Origin: Azolla caroliniana
Lineage: Eukaryota > Plantae > Polypodiophyta
Direction: 5' to 3'
NCBI GenBank assembly: GCA_043228905.1
Contig: JBHGNT010000018.1
Coordinates: 16,926,001 to 16,990,000 of the forward strand
Length of the DNA: 64,000 bases
Positions within the stretch are counted from its first letter, which is position 1, and each line of letters starts with the position of its first letter. Below, one piece after another: positions 11,457-23,678 of this stretch. Both the position numbers and the translations under genes were made by a program. Below the pieces are notes generated by a model that saw nothing but the letters and a program-made list of their open reading frames with translations, made no database searches and was not told the DNA's origin.

Positions 11457-13613
11457 TTACTTGCTCTCGTTGAAATCGTTAAGCGCCGGAGTGCTCCCCC
11501 CCTCGGTTGTCACGTAAGCCGCCTCGAAGAAGTCCATGCCGACTTCCTCGTCCTCCGAAACCATGCCGCCCTCATCGTCGAATCGCTCCCTCGAAAGCAT
11601 GTCGGCCATGGCATTGTCTTTCCCGGAAATGTGTCGTATTTCCGGATCCAGGGACTTGATGTACGCTATCCACCTGAGCATTGCCAGGTCCGGGGTTGCG
11701 CATCCGGAAACCATGTCGAGAATCGGCAGGCAGTCCGTCTCGATAATCACCTCTGTCCTGATCAGATAGTCTTTATCGGCCTTCACCGCCGAAACGATAC
11801 CCCAGAGTTCGCGTTTAACCTGGGCGTATCCTCGTTGTCGCTCGTTGAGGACCTTCGCGCCAAACCGGATTGGGAACCGAATGCCGTCCTCATCTTCTTG
11901 GTTGACGACCCATCCGATCCCGGTTGGACTTGTATCTACCGTTATGTAGATGGGAGTGCCTTTCTCGTAGACAGCCTTCCAGAGTGTCAGAGCTGCAGCA
12001 AGAGCCTCCTTCATCTTTCGAACCGACTCCATATGCTCGTCTCGCCACTCAAATCTTTGCCCCTTTTTCAGCAACCCGTATAGCGGCTCAGCAACGTGGG
12101 CGTAATGCGGGATCCATATGTGGTAGAACGCGCATGCTCCCAAGAACCTCCGTACCTCCGTGACCGAGTTACAGTCGGGCTTCATTGCGGAGATGGCTTC
12201 TACCTTAGCCGGAGACGGTTTCCGGCCATACGGTCCACATAGATGTCCGACCACCATGATCTCTGATTGCCCGAAGGCCGATTTCTCCCCGGAGAAGGTG
12301 AGCCTCGCGTCCTCTAGCCTCTGTAGCACCCTCTCGCAGTCGTCAATGTGTGTCGCCACGAATTTCCGGCATCCGTTCGGTCCGATCGTTTCATCCTTTT
12401 CCTCCACCGGACATCCCTTGATTGGGATGTCGTCCAAGAATTGCATGGTGATGTCCGGGATACAATCCCTCAACACCTTGTTCATCGCATTCACCATGTG
12501 GGCCACCGAGTTCGTCCCTCCTTGTGGCAGGGTACACATCCGCACTAGGCCGAGAGGAGTCTGCATCGTCGTAATGTCTCTGCTCTCCACGGCTAGTTGG
12601 AACTGATCGTACCCCGAGTACAGATCACCGACCGAGTAGATCGACCTTCCGACGAAGGCTTCCGCGAACTCGTCTATCGTTGGTCCAATTCCTGCGTTCC
12701 GAATGGTCACTCTGTTGACCAGTTGCAGGTCTTGAATGAAGTGCAACATCCCGTTCTTCTTCGGTTCGGTAAACCACCAGTTCGAGTACGGGGCACTCGA
12801 CGGTTCGAGGATGCCCATATCGACTTTCTGCCTCAACAACTCCATCAGGTCCGGGATGTGAGCTCTCGGTACCGGAATTGGTTTGAGATTCCACAGCACA
12901 TGTGGTACCGTGAATATCACAATCGGTTTTACGACTATTGGGTCTACGCACCCGATCTCCTCCGGTGAGAATGCGAAGGCTTTCCCGTGCCTTCCGAGCA
13001 TTCTCCGAAACCGGTCTTCTTCCGCCGGTAGTAGGAACCCGCCCCCACCGATTTTGAGCTCCCGTAGCATTCTGTCGGTGAAGGTGTGTCCTATGCAGGC
13101 CGGATCTCGTAAATTGGGATCCGACGCGACCCCCTTGATTCGCAACTCGCTGCCCTCCGGTAAGGGTGCCGCGACTGGCCTTACCTTCCGGTCCACAGTC
13201 TTGTACTTCGTGTTAACCCGGGCCGTCTGATTCGACTCGAGCCCCCGACTGAAGTCCTCGATGACTTCGAACATTTCTTCTGAACAAACCGGTATCATCC
13301 GATCCTCTTTAAGGCCCTCTCCGACCACCTCTCGCAGTATTCCCAAGGTGTCGTCGAAGGAGACCGCCTCCACGGCTCCGTTGATTTCCTCGCTGGGCTC
13401 GAGAACTCCGCACACTCGAAGTCGCTCTTCCGCCCTTGTCTTTTCTCGGCCAACGACGCCGACTATCGTATACCCTCCGTTGTCGGAGAAACAAAACTTC
13501 CTACTTATGGTACAAGGTTTCCTTGGTTTCGCCTCTATCGTACATTTGTGGGGTTTTCCTAGAGTGTCCGGACTATCGCGGCCCCACGCCTTGACAATCC
13601 TCTCTAAAAAACC
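11457..13613 (-). CDS. Element E pol: RT and RNase H (open frame, -1 relative to gag-PR)
   Basis: PKKNGMLHFIQDLQLVNRVT, DLYSGYDQ, LPQGGTNS, FLDD, VDTSPTGIG, TDCLP, NAMADMLSR. Confidence 0.9.
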   Translation of the reverse strand, partial: GFLERIVKAWGRDSPDTLGKPHKCTIEAKPRKPCTISRKFCFSDNGGYTIVGVVGREKTRAEERLRVCGVLEPSEEINGAVEAVSFDDTLGILREVVGEGLKEDRMIPVCSEEMFEVIEDFSRGLESNQTARVNTKYKTVDRKVRPVAAPLPEGSELRIKGVASDPNLRDPACIGHTFTDRMLRELKIGGGGFLLPAEEDRFRRMLGRHGKAFAFSPEEIGCVDPIVVKPIVIFTVPHVLWNLKPIPVPRAHIPDLMELLRQKVDMGILEPSSAPYSNWWFTEPKKNGMLHFIQDLQLVNRVTIRNAGIGPTIDEFAEAFVGRSIYSVGDLYSGYDQFQLAVESRDITTMQTPLGLVRMCTLPQGGTNSVAHMVNAMNKVLRDCIPDITMQFLDDIPIKGCPVEEKDETIGPNGCRKFVATHIDDCERVLQRLEDARLTFSGEKSAFGQSEIMVVGHLCGPYGRKPSPAKVEAISAMKPDCNSVTEVRRFLGACAFYHIWIPHYAHVAEPLYGLLKKGQRFEWRDEHMESVRKMKEALAAALTLWKAVYEKGTPIYITVDTSPTGIGWVVNQEDEDGIRFPIRFGAKVLNERQRGYAQVKRELWGIVSAVKADKDYLIRTEVIIETDCLPILDMVSGCATPDLAMLRWIAYIKSLDPEIRHISGKDNAMADMLSRERFDDEGGMVSEDEEVGMDFFEAAYVTTEGGSTPALNDFNESK

Positions 13614-15745
13614 TCTCGGTTCTCGCCACCGAGGGACTCGCGGTTTTGCTTGTGGTTCGGTCGCACCGTCAGGAATTGGACCGAATGACGCCCGTCCTGA
13701 CTCTTGACCCTCGCGTAAGCCGACCCGTTGTCCAGCACCTTGGTCTCCATCTGTGCTGCCGTAATGTACGGTTCTCCTAGTATGACCAGGTGTGAGGACG
13801 TCTCCTGCACAAAGAAATGTTGGTCTATCTCGACGTTGTTGATCTTGACTCGCACGTTTGGGCAGGCCCCGTGTAGTTCCTCGGTGGCGCGCGTCGCCGC
13901 CCGTATCTTCCACCCGTGCTTGGTGTTGACTGGCCATTTCCCCTTCTTGTAGAAGTCCATAGACATCAAGTTTATTTCCGAACCATGGTCCACCAACGCC
14001 ACCACCGGTTCCTGAACATCTCCGATCTTCACCGGGGTTTCCGTGGTCGCTCGGGCCCAGTGTGGCCTCGAATAGTGGCTCTTTGCCCACTCGTCTTCCA
14101 GTGCCATGTCCTTTATGTGCGTCGTCCGCACCTCCACCGGCCTTTCCGGTTCTGTCTCCGTCGACAGCCTCTTCCTCTTCACCAAGTCTACGATGGAGTC
14201 GTGGAACTCCTTGGTGATTCCGAGCACCTCCCGCAACGACAGTTCCATCTTGCTATCGAGGATTCGTTCTTCCAGGACCTTTCGTAGGTCTGTGGTCCTT
14301 TCGATCTCCGTGCCCAACCGGTATCCGCCCTTCTTGTGGTTATCCCGGGCACTGGTCTCACCGGCCTCGTTCCGTTTCGGCCCGAATCGGGTTTCTTATC
14401 TCTCTGAGGGTCCAGCCCCTCCGGTTTTACCTACCCGTTTGTCTTCAACCAGAGCCTCGTAGTTCTGGCAAGCTGCTTCGACGAAACCCGTCTTTTCTTC
14501 GACCGGGTCACTCCACCCGGTTACCTCCTGGACCCGCTTCTCCGCGCGGTCTGCCTCGTCTTTCCTTAGTCGGGCACCGGCGAGGCCTTCCAGCATCGTC
14601 GGCCAGAACCCGGCTTTGCTCTCCTTCCGGGCCTCACTGTCTCCGACCCGAATATCGGCTGACGCCGAGTAGTGGACGGTCTCCACGTGCCGGGCCGCCG
14701 CCTCTTCCATCAGCCTTTTCATTCCTCCTCGCCCGTCGTTTCGGTTCAGGGCCCTCCGGGTATCGCTGGCGTGCACCCGACCTTCCCACAGGTACAGTAC
14801 CCGGCTTCTCAAAGCCTCCGCAAAGTCCCCGCAGTCTTTCCGGATGTGGCCGACCTCGTCGCACCACATGCACCTATTTCCTGCCGGAGGCCGTCGGTCA
14901 CGAGCCTGTTCCCTCCGAGCCTAGGCGATCTAGAGATCCTCTACCGCTCGTGTCAACTCCTCCAAAGCTGTTCCCCCGGACGAGCCTCTGACCATGCCGG
15001 TCGAAGCCGAACCGGTTTCGAGCCACTCCCGGGTCTCTTCCCTTCAAGCCTGTGGTATCAGTTCGAGCTTCCTTGCTGCGACAGGACCCGCCCCGGTCGC
15101 CCCTGTATCAGCCCACTCCCACCATTTGTCAAAACGGCCGCAGACTCTTTTTACCACGGCCCAGTCGGCCGTCAGCCCGTCTTCGGTTTCCAGTAAGGAG
15201 CCCACTTGCTCCCGATCCCGTGCGTCAACCGATTTGACAAACAGTAGGACACGACTTGTGTCCAGAACGGTCCGATCGAGCGTCGAAAGGCGCACAAAGC
15301 GTTCCTCAAAATCCCGGAGGAGTACCGATGCATTTCTTCCTTTGTTGGGGGCCTCCACCCACTCCATGAAGCCCCGCTTTGAAAGTCAAAGCGCGTCATC
15401 CAACCCGTATTTCTCCAGGAGCCGTCCTTCGAACTCCTCCCAAGTCCGGCTCTCCGCCCGGACCTCGAGCACCCCCGCATGGATGCCTGGCATCACCACT
15501 CGAGGGAATCCAGCAAGACGCCTCTCTTCTGGAATATCCCTCATCAACATCTCCGCCCGGTAGGACGCCAAATAACTCGTGGCATCCTTTCCACTGAACC
15601 GGCCGATCGTAACGACGATCGCCTCAATAGCCCTGTCAAGGGCGCCGGTGCCCTCGCGCGCGCTCACTATCCGGTCCACGGCCGAAGCCATGTTCTCTGC
15701 AAGATCCGACCCCCTCATCTTCAGCTCCTCTGCCGCCTTGTTCAC
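13604..15745 (-). pseudogene. Element E gag-protease (frameshifted)
   Basis: gag FSGKDATSYL, CCHC knuckle CMWCDEVGHIRKDC, protease ALVDHGSEINLM...ILGEPY. Confidence 0.88.
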
Positions 15746-15758
15746 GTCGGGTACACCA
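15741..15758 (-). promoter_or_regulatory. tRNA-Trp PBS of element E
   Basis: Plus strand TTCACGTCGGGTACACCA versus recalled plant tRNA-Trp 3' end TTCACGTCGGGTTCACCA (17/18). Confidence 0.85.
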
Positions 15759-15762
15759 AAGA

Positions 15763-16408
15763 TGTCGCGTTACTACGCGCGTGCATGGGGGAACGAGGCG
15801 GGACCACCGAGGTCTTGAACCAAAGAGCAGGTGATAGAAGGGGAAAGAGAAAGAGAGAGACGCTCGGTTACGTATGAGCAAAGAAACACAGGGACACGGC
15901 CCTGCCAACACAGAAGACACGAATGGACACAGCGACTGAGACACACGAATGTTTGTATATTAATGAATGACAAATAAACGACAAAGCACGCGAGCGGTTT
16001 CAACCGAACAGGCCGGCGAACAGATTCCAATGCTTGCTCGTCTGCGCACGAAAGGGGATAGGATGGAGGTGCTGCCGAAAGCACACGGGCGTTCCTCGAA
16101 GCAGCGCGAGCCTCCCGAAAACCTGCAGAGAAGAGCGATGGAGAACGAACAGAGGAGAAGCGTTCGGTTACGGTCCGACAGCACTTCGTCCTCAATAATA
16201 ATCCTATCTCCCCGTGTCTCCCTCTCTTTTATAGCTTCAAGAAGGGAGCCGTTTCCCTCATTAACTTCCTACCTACCGAATCTAACTACCTCAGATATAC
16301 CCTTGTACCTAATTCTCTATTATACACATTAAAGGGCGCGCACGCATGAAGAGCCGGTTCACGCCCGCTATGCACCGATTGCGCTAAGGGACGGTTTTCT
16401 TCACGACA
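15763..16408 (-). repeat. 5' LTR of element E
   Basis: Direct repeat of 9620-10268. Confidence 0.95.
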
Positions 16409-19400
16409 GCGTGTTGCGTCCCTGGCCGGTGTGGAATTACGAACTCGAATTCGTGGAGCAGCAGCATCCACCACGCCAATTTCCTTGTCAGGTGTTGTTT
16501 CTCTACCAAACACAATAATGCCGAATGATCTACGTGGAACGTGAATTTCCGTCCTAGTAAAGAATGTCGGAATTTATTGATGCTATAGATCATCCCTAGC
16601 ACCTCCCGCTCTGTTGTGGAATAGTTACACTCTGCTATTGATAATTTACGACTTGCGTAGTATACTGGCCTGTACCAGTTTGGTTCGGTGAGTTGCATTA
16701 GCACGCTTCCTATTGCTGTGTCCGAGGCGTCGACGAACACGTGAAATGGTTTCGCCCAAACTAGAGGTTGTACTACGGGGGCCTGTGTAAGCATTATCTT
16801 AAGTGCCTCATATGCCTTATCCTCTATTGCAGTCCATTGAAAAGGAGTCTGATGTACGGCAGCGTGTAGTGGCGTGGCGAAGTCCACCAAATACCGTATC
16901 ATCTGACTATGCCACCGTATTTGGCCCAAAAACCGGCTAAGTGCTTTGGCATTTGTCGGATTTTTAGCTTGCGTAATAGCAGAGATCTTGTTTGGGTCGA
17001 CCGCTATTCCTTGCTGACTATGTGGCCTAGGAGAGCCCCGCTGGTCACGCCGAATGCACATTTCGCGGGATTCCGGCTTAAGCGTGCAGTGCGGCAACGT
17101 TCCAGGCAGAGACGTAAGTGTGAGAAATGGTCTTTTGTTCGCCCATATACCGCAAAATCGTCTAAAAAGACTTGCATGAATGCCGGAATGTATTCCCCAA
17201 AGATCTCCGTAATCATTCGTTGGAATGTTGCCGGTGCTGTCTTTAGGCCGAACATCATGACGACCGCCACATATACTCCCCAGTCCGTGACAAATGTCGT
17301 CTTCTCCTTGTCGTCGGGGTGCATGCGCACTTGGTTATAGCCACTGAAGCCATCTAAGAAACTGTACATCTCATGGCCTGCGACGGTGTCCAACACGCTA
17401 TCGGTGAAGGGTAAGGGAAATGCGTCCGTAATGGTTACGACGTTTAATTTTCGGTAATCCACGCATACCCGTATTTTGCCGTTTTTCTTTGGGACAACCA
17501 CTATCGGGCTAAGCCATGTCGCTTGTTTCACTGGTCGTATGAACCCAGCCCTCAGCAGCTTGTCAATTTCTTCTTTCACACGGGTCGCGTAATTGGGGTT
17601 CATGCAGTAGCGACGCTGCTGGACAGGTTTCGCGTCCGTTGCTAAATTGATCTTATGCTGATAGAACTTGGGATCTAACCCCTTCATGTCCTCATGAGCC
17701 CATGCGAACACATCTTTATATTCTGTGAGTAGTGCGATCATTGTGGTTCTCTGGTCCGGCCTCAATTCCTTTGCTATGGAGAGGAACCGGGGTTCCGCTC
17801 CCGTACCCACAATCACTTCGTCGAGAGCGGAAGCGGTGACCCGTCGTGAAATCTCCATTTCCCTTTTGAAGGCCGCCCGTGCTCTGCTAAGTTCCAATAT
17901 GGATTATGGGTTTGGTTCATACGACTCTTCGCTCGGAACAATGGCCGTAGTATATTCTGCCGCAGTTGCGATGACATCTATCTCGAACAGCGGAATAATT
18001 CGAGGGTGTTCGTCAAGGTACGCTTCCAATTCGGCATCCTCCACCCCAGCCAGCATATTGATGTCTTCCGCATAGAACGGTGTTATCCCCTTAGGTTGTG
18101 GCTTGTTGTCTTCCGTAGGTACACGAACCTTGATGCGTCCCTGCCGGAAACTGATACACTCGTGTTGCCAGCTCTGCTTGATATTTGTTGTCCGAAGCCA
18201 TGGTTTGCCCAGAAGCACTGGGTACGCTCCAGGCGCATCCAAAGCAAGGACGGCCGCCGATATGTCGAAGCAGTGTCCGCCCACAATGATGCCTATTTTG
18301 CGAATTAGCCCCAACGGCCGCACTGATCGGGTATCTGCCATTCGGAGCCAGAATGGACACGCCTCCCATTCGGAAATGCCCAGCTATTTGCAAGTTTTCG
18401 CGCTAATCACATTGACGCCTAAGCCGCCGTCGATTACACATCCAGGGACTTCCTGTCCGTGCAATATTACTGTAATGGCCGGGTTGTGCTGATCTACCAC
18501 TAGTGGTCCCTCGTTGACGTCAGTCAGGTTTGTGGCAATGCTTGCCCCGGTCATGCCCGCCACCTGTGCTTCCGTGGTCTGGCGGAAACGTGGAACTAGC
18601 TGTAGCAGTTTTTCCATAGTTAGCGTGATTTCACAGCCCGTTAACACCTACCAAATGGGGTCCGGCCCCGGTTTTTCGTTCTCTGTTTGCTTCATTGCAT
18701 TCGCGGACGCCTGCCTCATACGTTCCGTATTGGCCGCGTTTGCTTTTTCCACCCAGGCTTGGGCTTGTCATCGTACCTCGTCCTGCGCAGCCCAATTGGC
18801 CATTTTCATTTGCTGGCGTGTGGTGACTTGTTGCACCTCCGCCGTAATCGTGTTGACGGCGGGCCCCTTTCCCTTGCGTGTTGGGCATTGTGTGGCATAA
18901 TGTCCGGGTTTCTCACAAATAAAACAATAGATGCTTGATTCTCCCTTCTCAGCCCCAGGTGGAGTGTGCCATTCTCCGGGCGCTACTTGCTCTTCGCAGT
19001 CCGGCCTCGTTTGTCGAGACGTACGCGGTGGCTGCTATTGATCCCGTCATTTTTCCTGGTGCCTCTCATCCCCCGAGGTTTCGTCGTAATGTCGATGATC
19101 CCTATATTGTCGAGGCTTACCTCGATAGCCATTGAAGCCGCCCCGTTTGTTCATCGGGCGTTGATGTTCGTATCGCCAGCCTCCTTTGGCGTAACTCGGA
19201 TGTCCACGATAATCCTCGTCCTCCGGGTCCTCCTCCTCGGACTCGTTGTGATTCCGGCGATTCCGGTTGTACCTGTCCTCCCGCGGGTTGCGATCCCTAT
19301 ACCGGGGTCGGTCTTCTTGCCTCCTTTGTTCCACCCGATGTGGTTGCCGCTGTGTGTGCACGCTGCGGACCGCGGGCGTGGCTCTATTTAACATATTATA

Positions 19401-20087
19401 CTCGCATTGGTCAACTATGTGAACCTTCGAGTGGCAGATTGGGCAGTGGATTCGCATATTGCACTCCACCGCGGAATGCCCCGAGTTCAAGCAAATCGTA
19501 CACTAGATTGCCTGACGAAATTGGCGTTCCTCATCCTGAGGTAACGCTTGTCGTAAGGATGACATTGAAAACCTCTCCTCCTCGTTATCCAACTCGAGTT
19601 GTAACGCTCATTCAATCACCATATCCGTCGTTTCCCTTTCACGCTATTGTTGTTGAGCGTTGCCCTGATGGGCCGGCGTAACGTTGCCAGAAATGTTTCC
19701 CGTGCCTCCTCCTCCGCAGGGCTTCAATCCAGTTTCCGTCGTAAATTTTGGAACCGTAAGCTGAAGTCTGCTATTGTCTCGGTCGGTAGTTGCTTAATTG
19801 TATAAAACGGCCCGAGAATCTCGCGTTGTGGAACCCTCTGGTGAAAAAAACGCAAGAAGGCGGACTGGAGCTGATAGAAGGTTGTTATGGCCGGTAAATC
19901 CATCTGTGAATGCCAGAACGCCGCACGCCCATCTAATGTTAATCCGAACTCCGTCATTTTCGACTGGTGTGCCACCGTCTCGGAAAGGTTCTGTGCCATG
20001 TGGTTCGCATTCCAAACGTTCAAGAACATGCGAACATGAGTTGCGGCGTCGGTTTCGCCATTAAAGCAAGGGTAGGCAAAGGCCATC
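16409..20087 (-). pseudogene. Element D gag-PR-RT-RNase H remnant
   Basis: WLSPIVVVPKKNGKIRVCVDYRKLN, FVDASD, NYSTTERE; gag FNGETDAATHVRMF and CPICHSKVH knuckle. Confidence 0.93.
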
Positions 20088-20347
20088 GTGGGAGCTACGG
20101 CGGATCGGAGAAGGTCACCGGGAGGCTGCGGTAAGCGTGGTCCCCTCGCCTCGTCGAGGTATTTGGGGAGCAAGGACTCCTCTTTGCGCTCCTGGCAGGG
20201 GTCGCCGATGCGTGGCTTTTGCCGAGCGCGTTCTTCTGCCTGGTGTGTGACGGACCTTGTTACTGGCCGGTCTTGTCTTGTTGGTTCTCTGAGTCGTCTA
20301 TGGCTAAACATCCATTCGTGGTTGCTCGTCTGTGAGGAAACACAGAT

Positions 20348-20360
20348 CACCAGGCGTGCA
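20348..20360 (-). promoter_or_regulatory. Canonical-position tRNA-Arg PBS of element D (TGCACGCCTGGTG)
   Basis: Follows the 5' LTR remnant ...AACA after a CTTT spacer. Confidence 0.75.
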
Positions 20361-20389
20361 AAAGTGTTGCCTCTTAGGAAACACGGTCC

Positions 20390-23300
20390 CGGCAAAGACC
20401 TTCGACTCCGACAGAGGACCAGCAACGACCTCCGACGCCAACGGAAGAGCAGGAAAGACCACTGACACCGCCAGCCCACGCACCGACACCGGACAACGAC
20501 ATGTCGTTCCAGTACACCAAGTATAGGGATGACCCGGACGCGGAGGCTCATGTTCACGCTTTTCAACAAACATGGGAGGCGAACCATGTGTCACAATGGT
20601 TAACCGCAGCCAAAGAGGAACGATCTAAGATAGCCGAATTCAGCGTGACATTGGAAGGACCGGCCGCCAGATGGCACCGAACGCAGGACCCCAGCACCAT
20701 CACCACCTTTACGGACCTGAAAGCTAAATTCTTGCACTTCTTTCAGAAGGAGGTGGACCAGAGCGAAATGGTGGGCCTATTTTATACCATCCAGAAAGCA
20801 TATTGCTACTATTGCCGACAAGAAGGACATTATAGTAATCAATGCCTGGCAAAGAGCTATGATAAACAACCGGCGGTGAACATGGTAGTCACTGAAGTCG
20901 CAGAACTGCAGCAGGAAACCACAAGATCGAAGGGTAAGGCGATGGAATGGTAGTAGACACAAACAGTTCGGTGATCACAGTCATCGTGAAGGGAAAGGAG
21001 TTATCCGGAACAGTAATAGATGGAAGATCCGGCGTCAATGTGATTAGCCTCCGAACGTGCAAAACCTTGGGAATCCAAGAGCGAGAACCATGCCCGTTCT
21101 GGCTACGGATGGCGGATACAAGCTCAGTGCGACCACACATTTCGCATTTCGGCAGTAGTGCTACAACTACAGGCACAAGGAGCTTACCCACTATTGTTGG
21201 GGCAGCCGTGGTTGAAAATGGCGGACATTAAACAATACTGGAGGAAGAATATAATCACCTTCCGGCGGGGAAAAGCAAAAGTACGGGTACCGACACAACC
21301 ACGGACGGGTACCGGGAAGGAATTGACACCCCTATATGCCGAATGCGTCAATATGCTGAACGGATTAACATACGAACATGTAGATCAATACTTGCAGGAT
21401 AATCCGAAGATCGTAACTCTATTCGAAATCGACATAGCCGAAGCCGTATCACCATACATACTGCCACCAGACGGAGCCAACGAGGAACCAAATAAAGAAG
21501 TGATCCGGGAGCTACGGCAAGCACAAGAGGCGCTGGAAAGAGAAATAGTCGTATCGCAACGGGTTAAAGCATCCCAACTAGAGGAGGTAAATCTAGGAAC
21601 TACGGAAGAGGCGAGACCGGTGCACATCGCCAAGGAAATGACTCCGGAGAACAAAACGGTGATGATTACACTTCTCAAAGAATATTGGGATGTGTTTGCC
21701 TGGTCTTACGAGGATATGCCGTAGGAATATTGGGATGTGTTTGTTGCCGTAGGAATGATGTTCAGACTAAAAACGGCGCCGGCAATGTTCCAGAGGATCA
21801 TCATGGAAATATTCGGAGAATTCATACCGGCATTCATGCAGGTGTTTCTGGATGACTTCGCCGTCTATAGACGAAAAGGAGATCACTTTCAGCACCTCCG
21901 ACTGTGTCGGCATGAAATGTCGAGCTTACCGGCTAAGCTTGAATCCAGCAAAATGTGTATTTGGAGTGTCAAGCGGGGCGCTATTAGGACACATTGTGAG
22001 CAAGGAATTGCCATGGACCCGGACAAAGTAAAAGCAATCTTGGAGGCACCGACACCAACAACGGCCAAAGCATTAAGCTATTTCTTAGGCCAAATCCAGT
22101 GGCATAGCCGAATGCTCCGGTATCTGGCGGACCTAGCTACACCACTGCATGTTGGGGTACACCGACCGACACCGAAGACAAGGCGTACCGAGCACTCAAA
22201 GTACTATTGTCGCAAGTGCCGGAAGTGCAACCCCCGGATTGGGCTAAGGAGTTTCATGTGTTCGTGGATGCATCCGACATTGCAATCGGAAGTGCGCTGA
22301 TGCAACTTACGGAGCCAAGGTGGTACCCGAAAGTTATCCCAAGCCGAACGAAATTATTCCACCACGGAAAGGGAAGCTTTGGGCATGATCTACAACGTGA
22401 CAAAATTCAGACATTATTTGCTGGGAAGGAAATTTTCCTTCCACGTAGATCATTCGGCACTCCTCTATTTAGTTTCTAAAGAGTCACTAACCGGTAAGTT
22501 GGCACGGTGGACGTTGCTGTTACAGGAATTTGAGTTCGAAATATTCCACCAACCTGGCATGCAACACGCAGTAGCAGACTATTTGAGCCGGTTAGATTCC
22601 GGCGAGACTGGTGACGGAGTCCCGGACGAGTTTCTGGATGCTGAGCTATTTCGAGTTACCACGGAAACGACAACAGATGAAACGGTGGCACAAGCAGACA
22701 AGTGGCTAACGAATATGCAATAATTTCTGAGCACCGGATTGCCTCCGAAGGAGATGAACCGGGATGAGAGGAAACGCCTGGCGGTACAAAGCCAACACTT
22801 TTGTTTAGTACAGGACACGCTATACCACAAAGGCGCGGACGGTATATGGCGATGGGCGGTGCACATCGACGAGAAGGATATAATACTACGAGAAGCACAG
22901 TGCGGACTCGCCGGAGGCCATTACGCCGTAGATGCTACGGCGAGGAAGATATGGCAGAGTGGCCTATGGTGGCTGACAACATTGAAAGACGTGGTCCGGT
23001 TTGCTAAAGAATGCGATTTATGTCAGCGAATGGACCAGCCAACCAAACAAGCTAGGATGTTGCACCAGCCGGTACTGCCGTTAGAACCATTTCAGAAATG
23101 GGGGTTGGATTTTGTGGGTCCATTCAAACCACCAGCAATGAGAACCGGTAACCGGTATGTGATCGTAGCTACGGATTACTGCACGAAATGGGTAGAAGCC
23201 AAAGCCTTGCGCCACAACACCGCGGCGTCGACGGCGAAATTCTTGTATGAATACATCTGGTGCAGGTATGGATGCCCAATCGAGCTAATAAGTGACCAAG

Positions 23301-23578
23301 GAGGGCACTTCCTTGGCCAAGTGGTGGAAAGCTTGACGTCGTTCTATGCCATGGTTCATAAACGGAGCATGCCATACTATCCGCAAGCAAACGGGTTACC
23401 CGAGTCGGCGAACAAAACGCTACAGAATATCCTTCAGAAAATCGTCTGTTCCGGCTACCATTCGAATTGGAGGCCGTCATGCCGGTAGAGTTCCAGGTCC
23501 CGAGCTTACGGATTCAAATTAGGGAACGGTTAAATGAGAAGGAATCAGAGGCAATTCGGTTAGCAGCTCTATGTGAAC
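20390..23578 (+). pseudogene. Element C gag-pol remnant (RT N-half deleted)
   Basis: CYYCRQEGHYSNQC, VIDGRSGVNVI, VFLDDFAVY, FVDASD, WGLDFVGPF, ISDQGGHF, YYPQANG. Confidence 0.92.
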
Positions 23579-23678
23579 NNNNNNNNNNNNNNNNNNNNNN
23601 NNNNNNNNNNNNNNNNNNNNNNNNNNNNNNNNNNNNNNNNNNNNNNNNNNNNNNNNNNNNNNNNNNNNNNNNNNNNNN
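23579..23678. other. Assembly gap (100 N)
   Basis: Run of N. Confidence 1.

Larger units (their letters stand above)
9620..16408 (-). mobile_element. Ty3/Gypsy element E (fungal Ylt1-like RT, inferred), two LTRs, 4-bp TSD
   Basis: LTRs 9620-10268 and 15763-16408 (~96% identical by eye). TSD GCGT restores the host frame PGTQHA|VADFL. PPT GGTGGGGGCGGA at 10269-10280; tRNA-Trp PBS 15741-15758. Confidence 0.95.
4704..20389 (-). mobile_element. Non-chromoviral Ty3/Gypsy element D inserted in the gag of C; 5' LTR reduced to 25 bp
   Basis: 3' LTR 4704-5163; 5' LTR remnant 20365-20389 shares TGCCTCTTAGGAAACACGGTCC. gag with zinc knuckles ~18900-20087, PR VIDGG 18384-18647, RT 17004-17897 (FLDGFSGYNQ, VFLDD), RH 16409-17097, IN 8257-9615. 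Confidence 0.92.
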
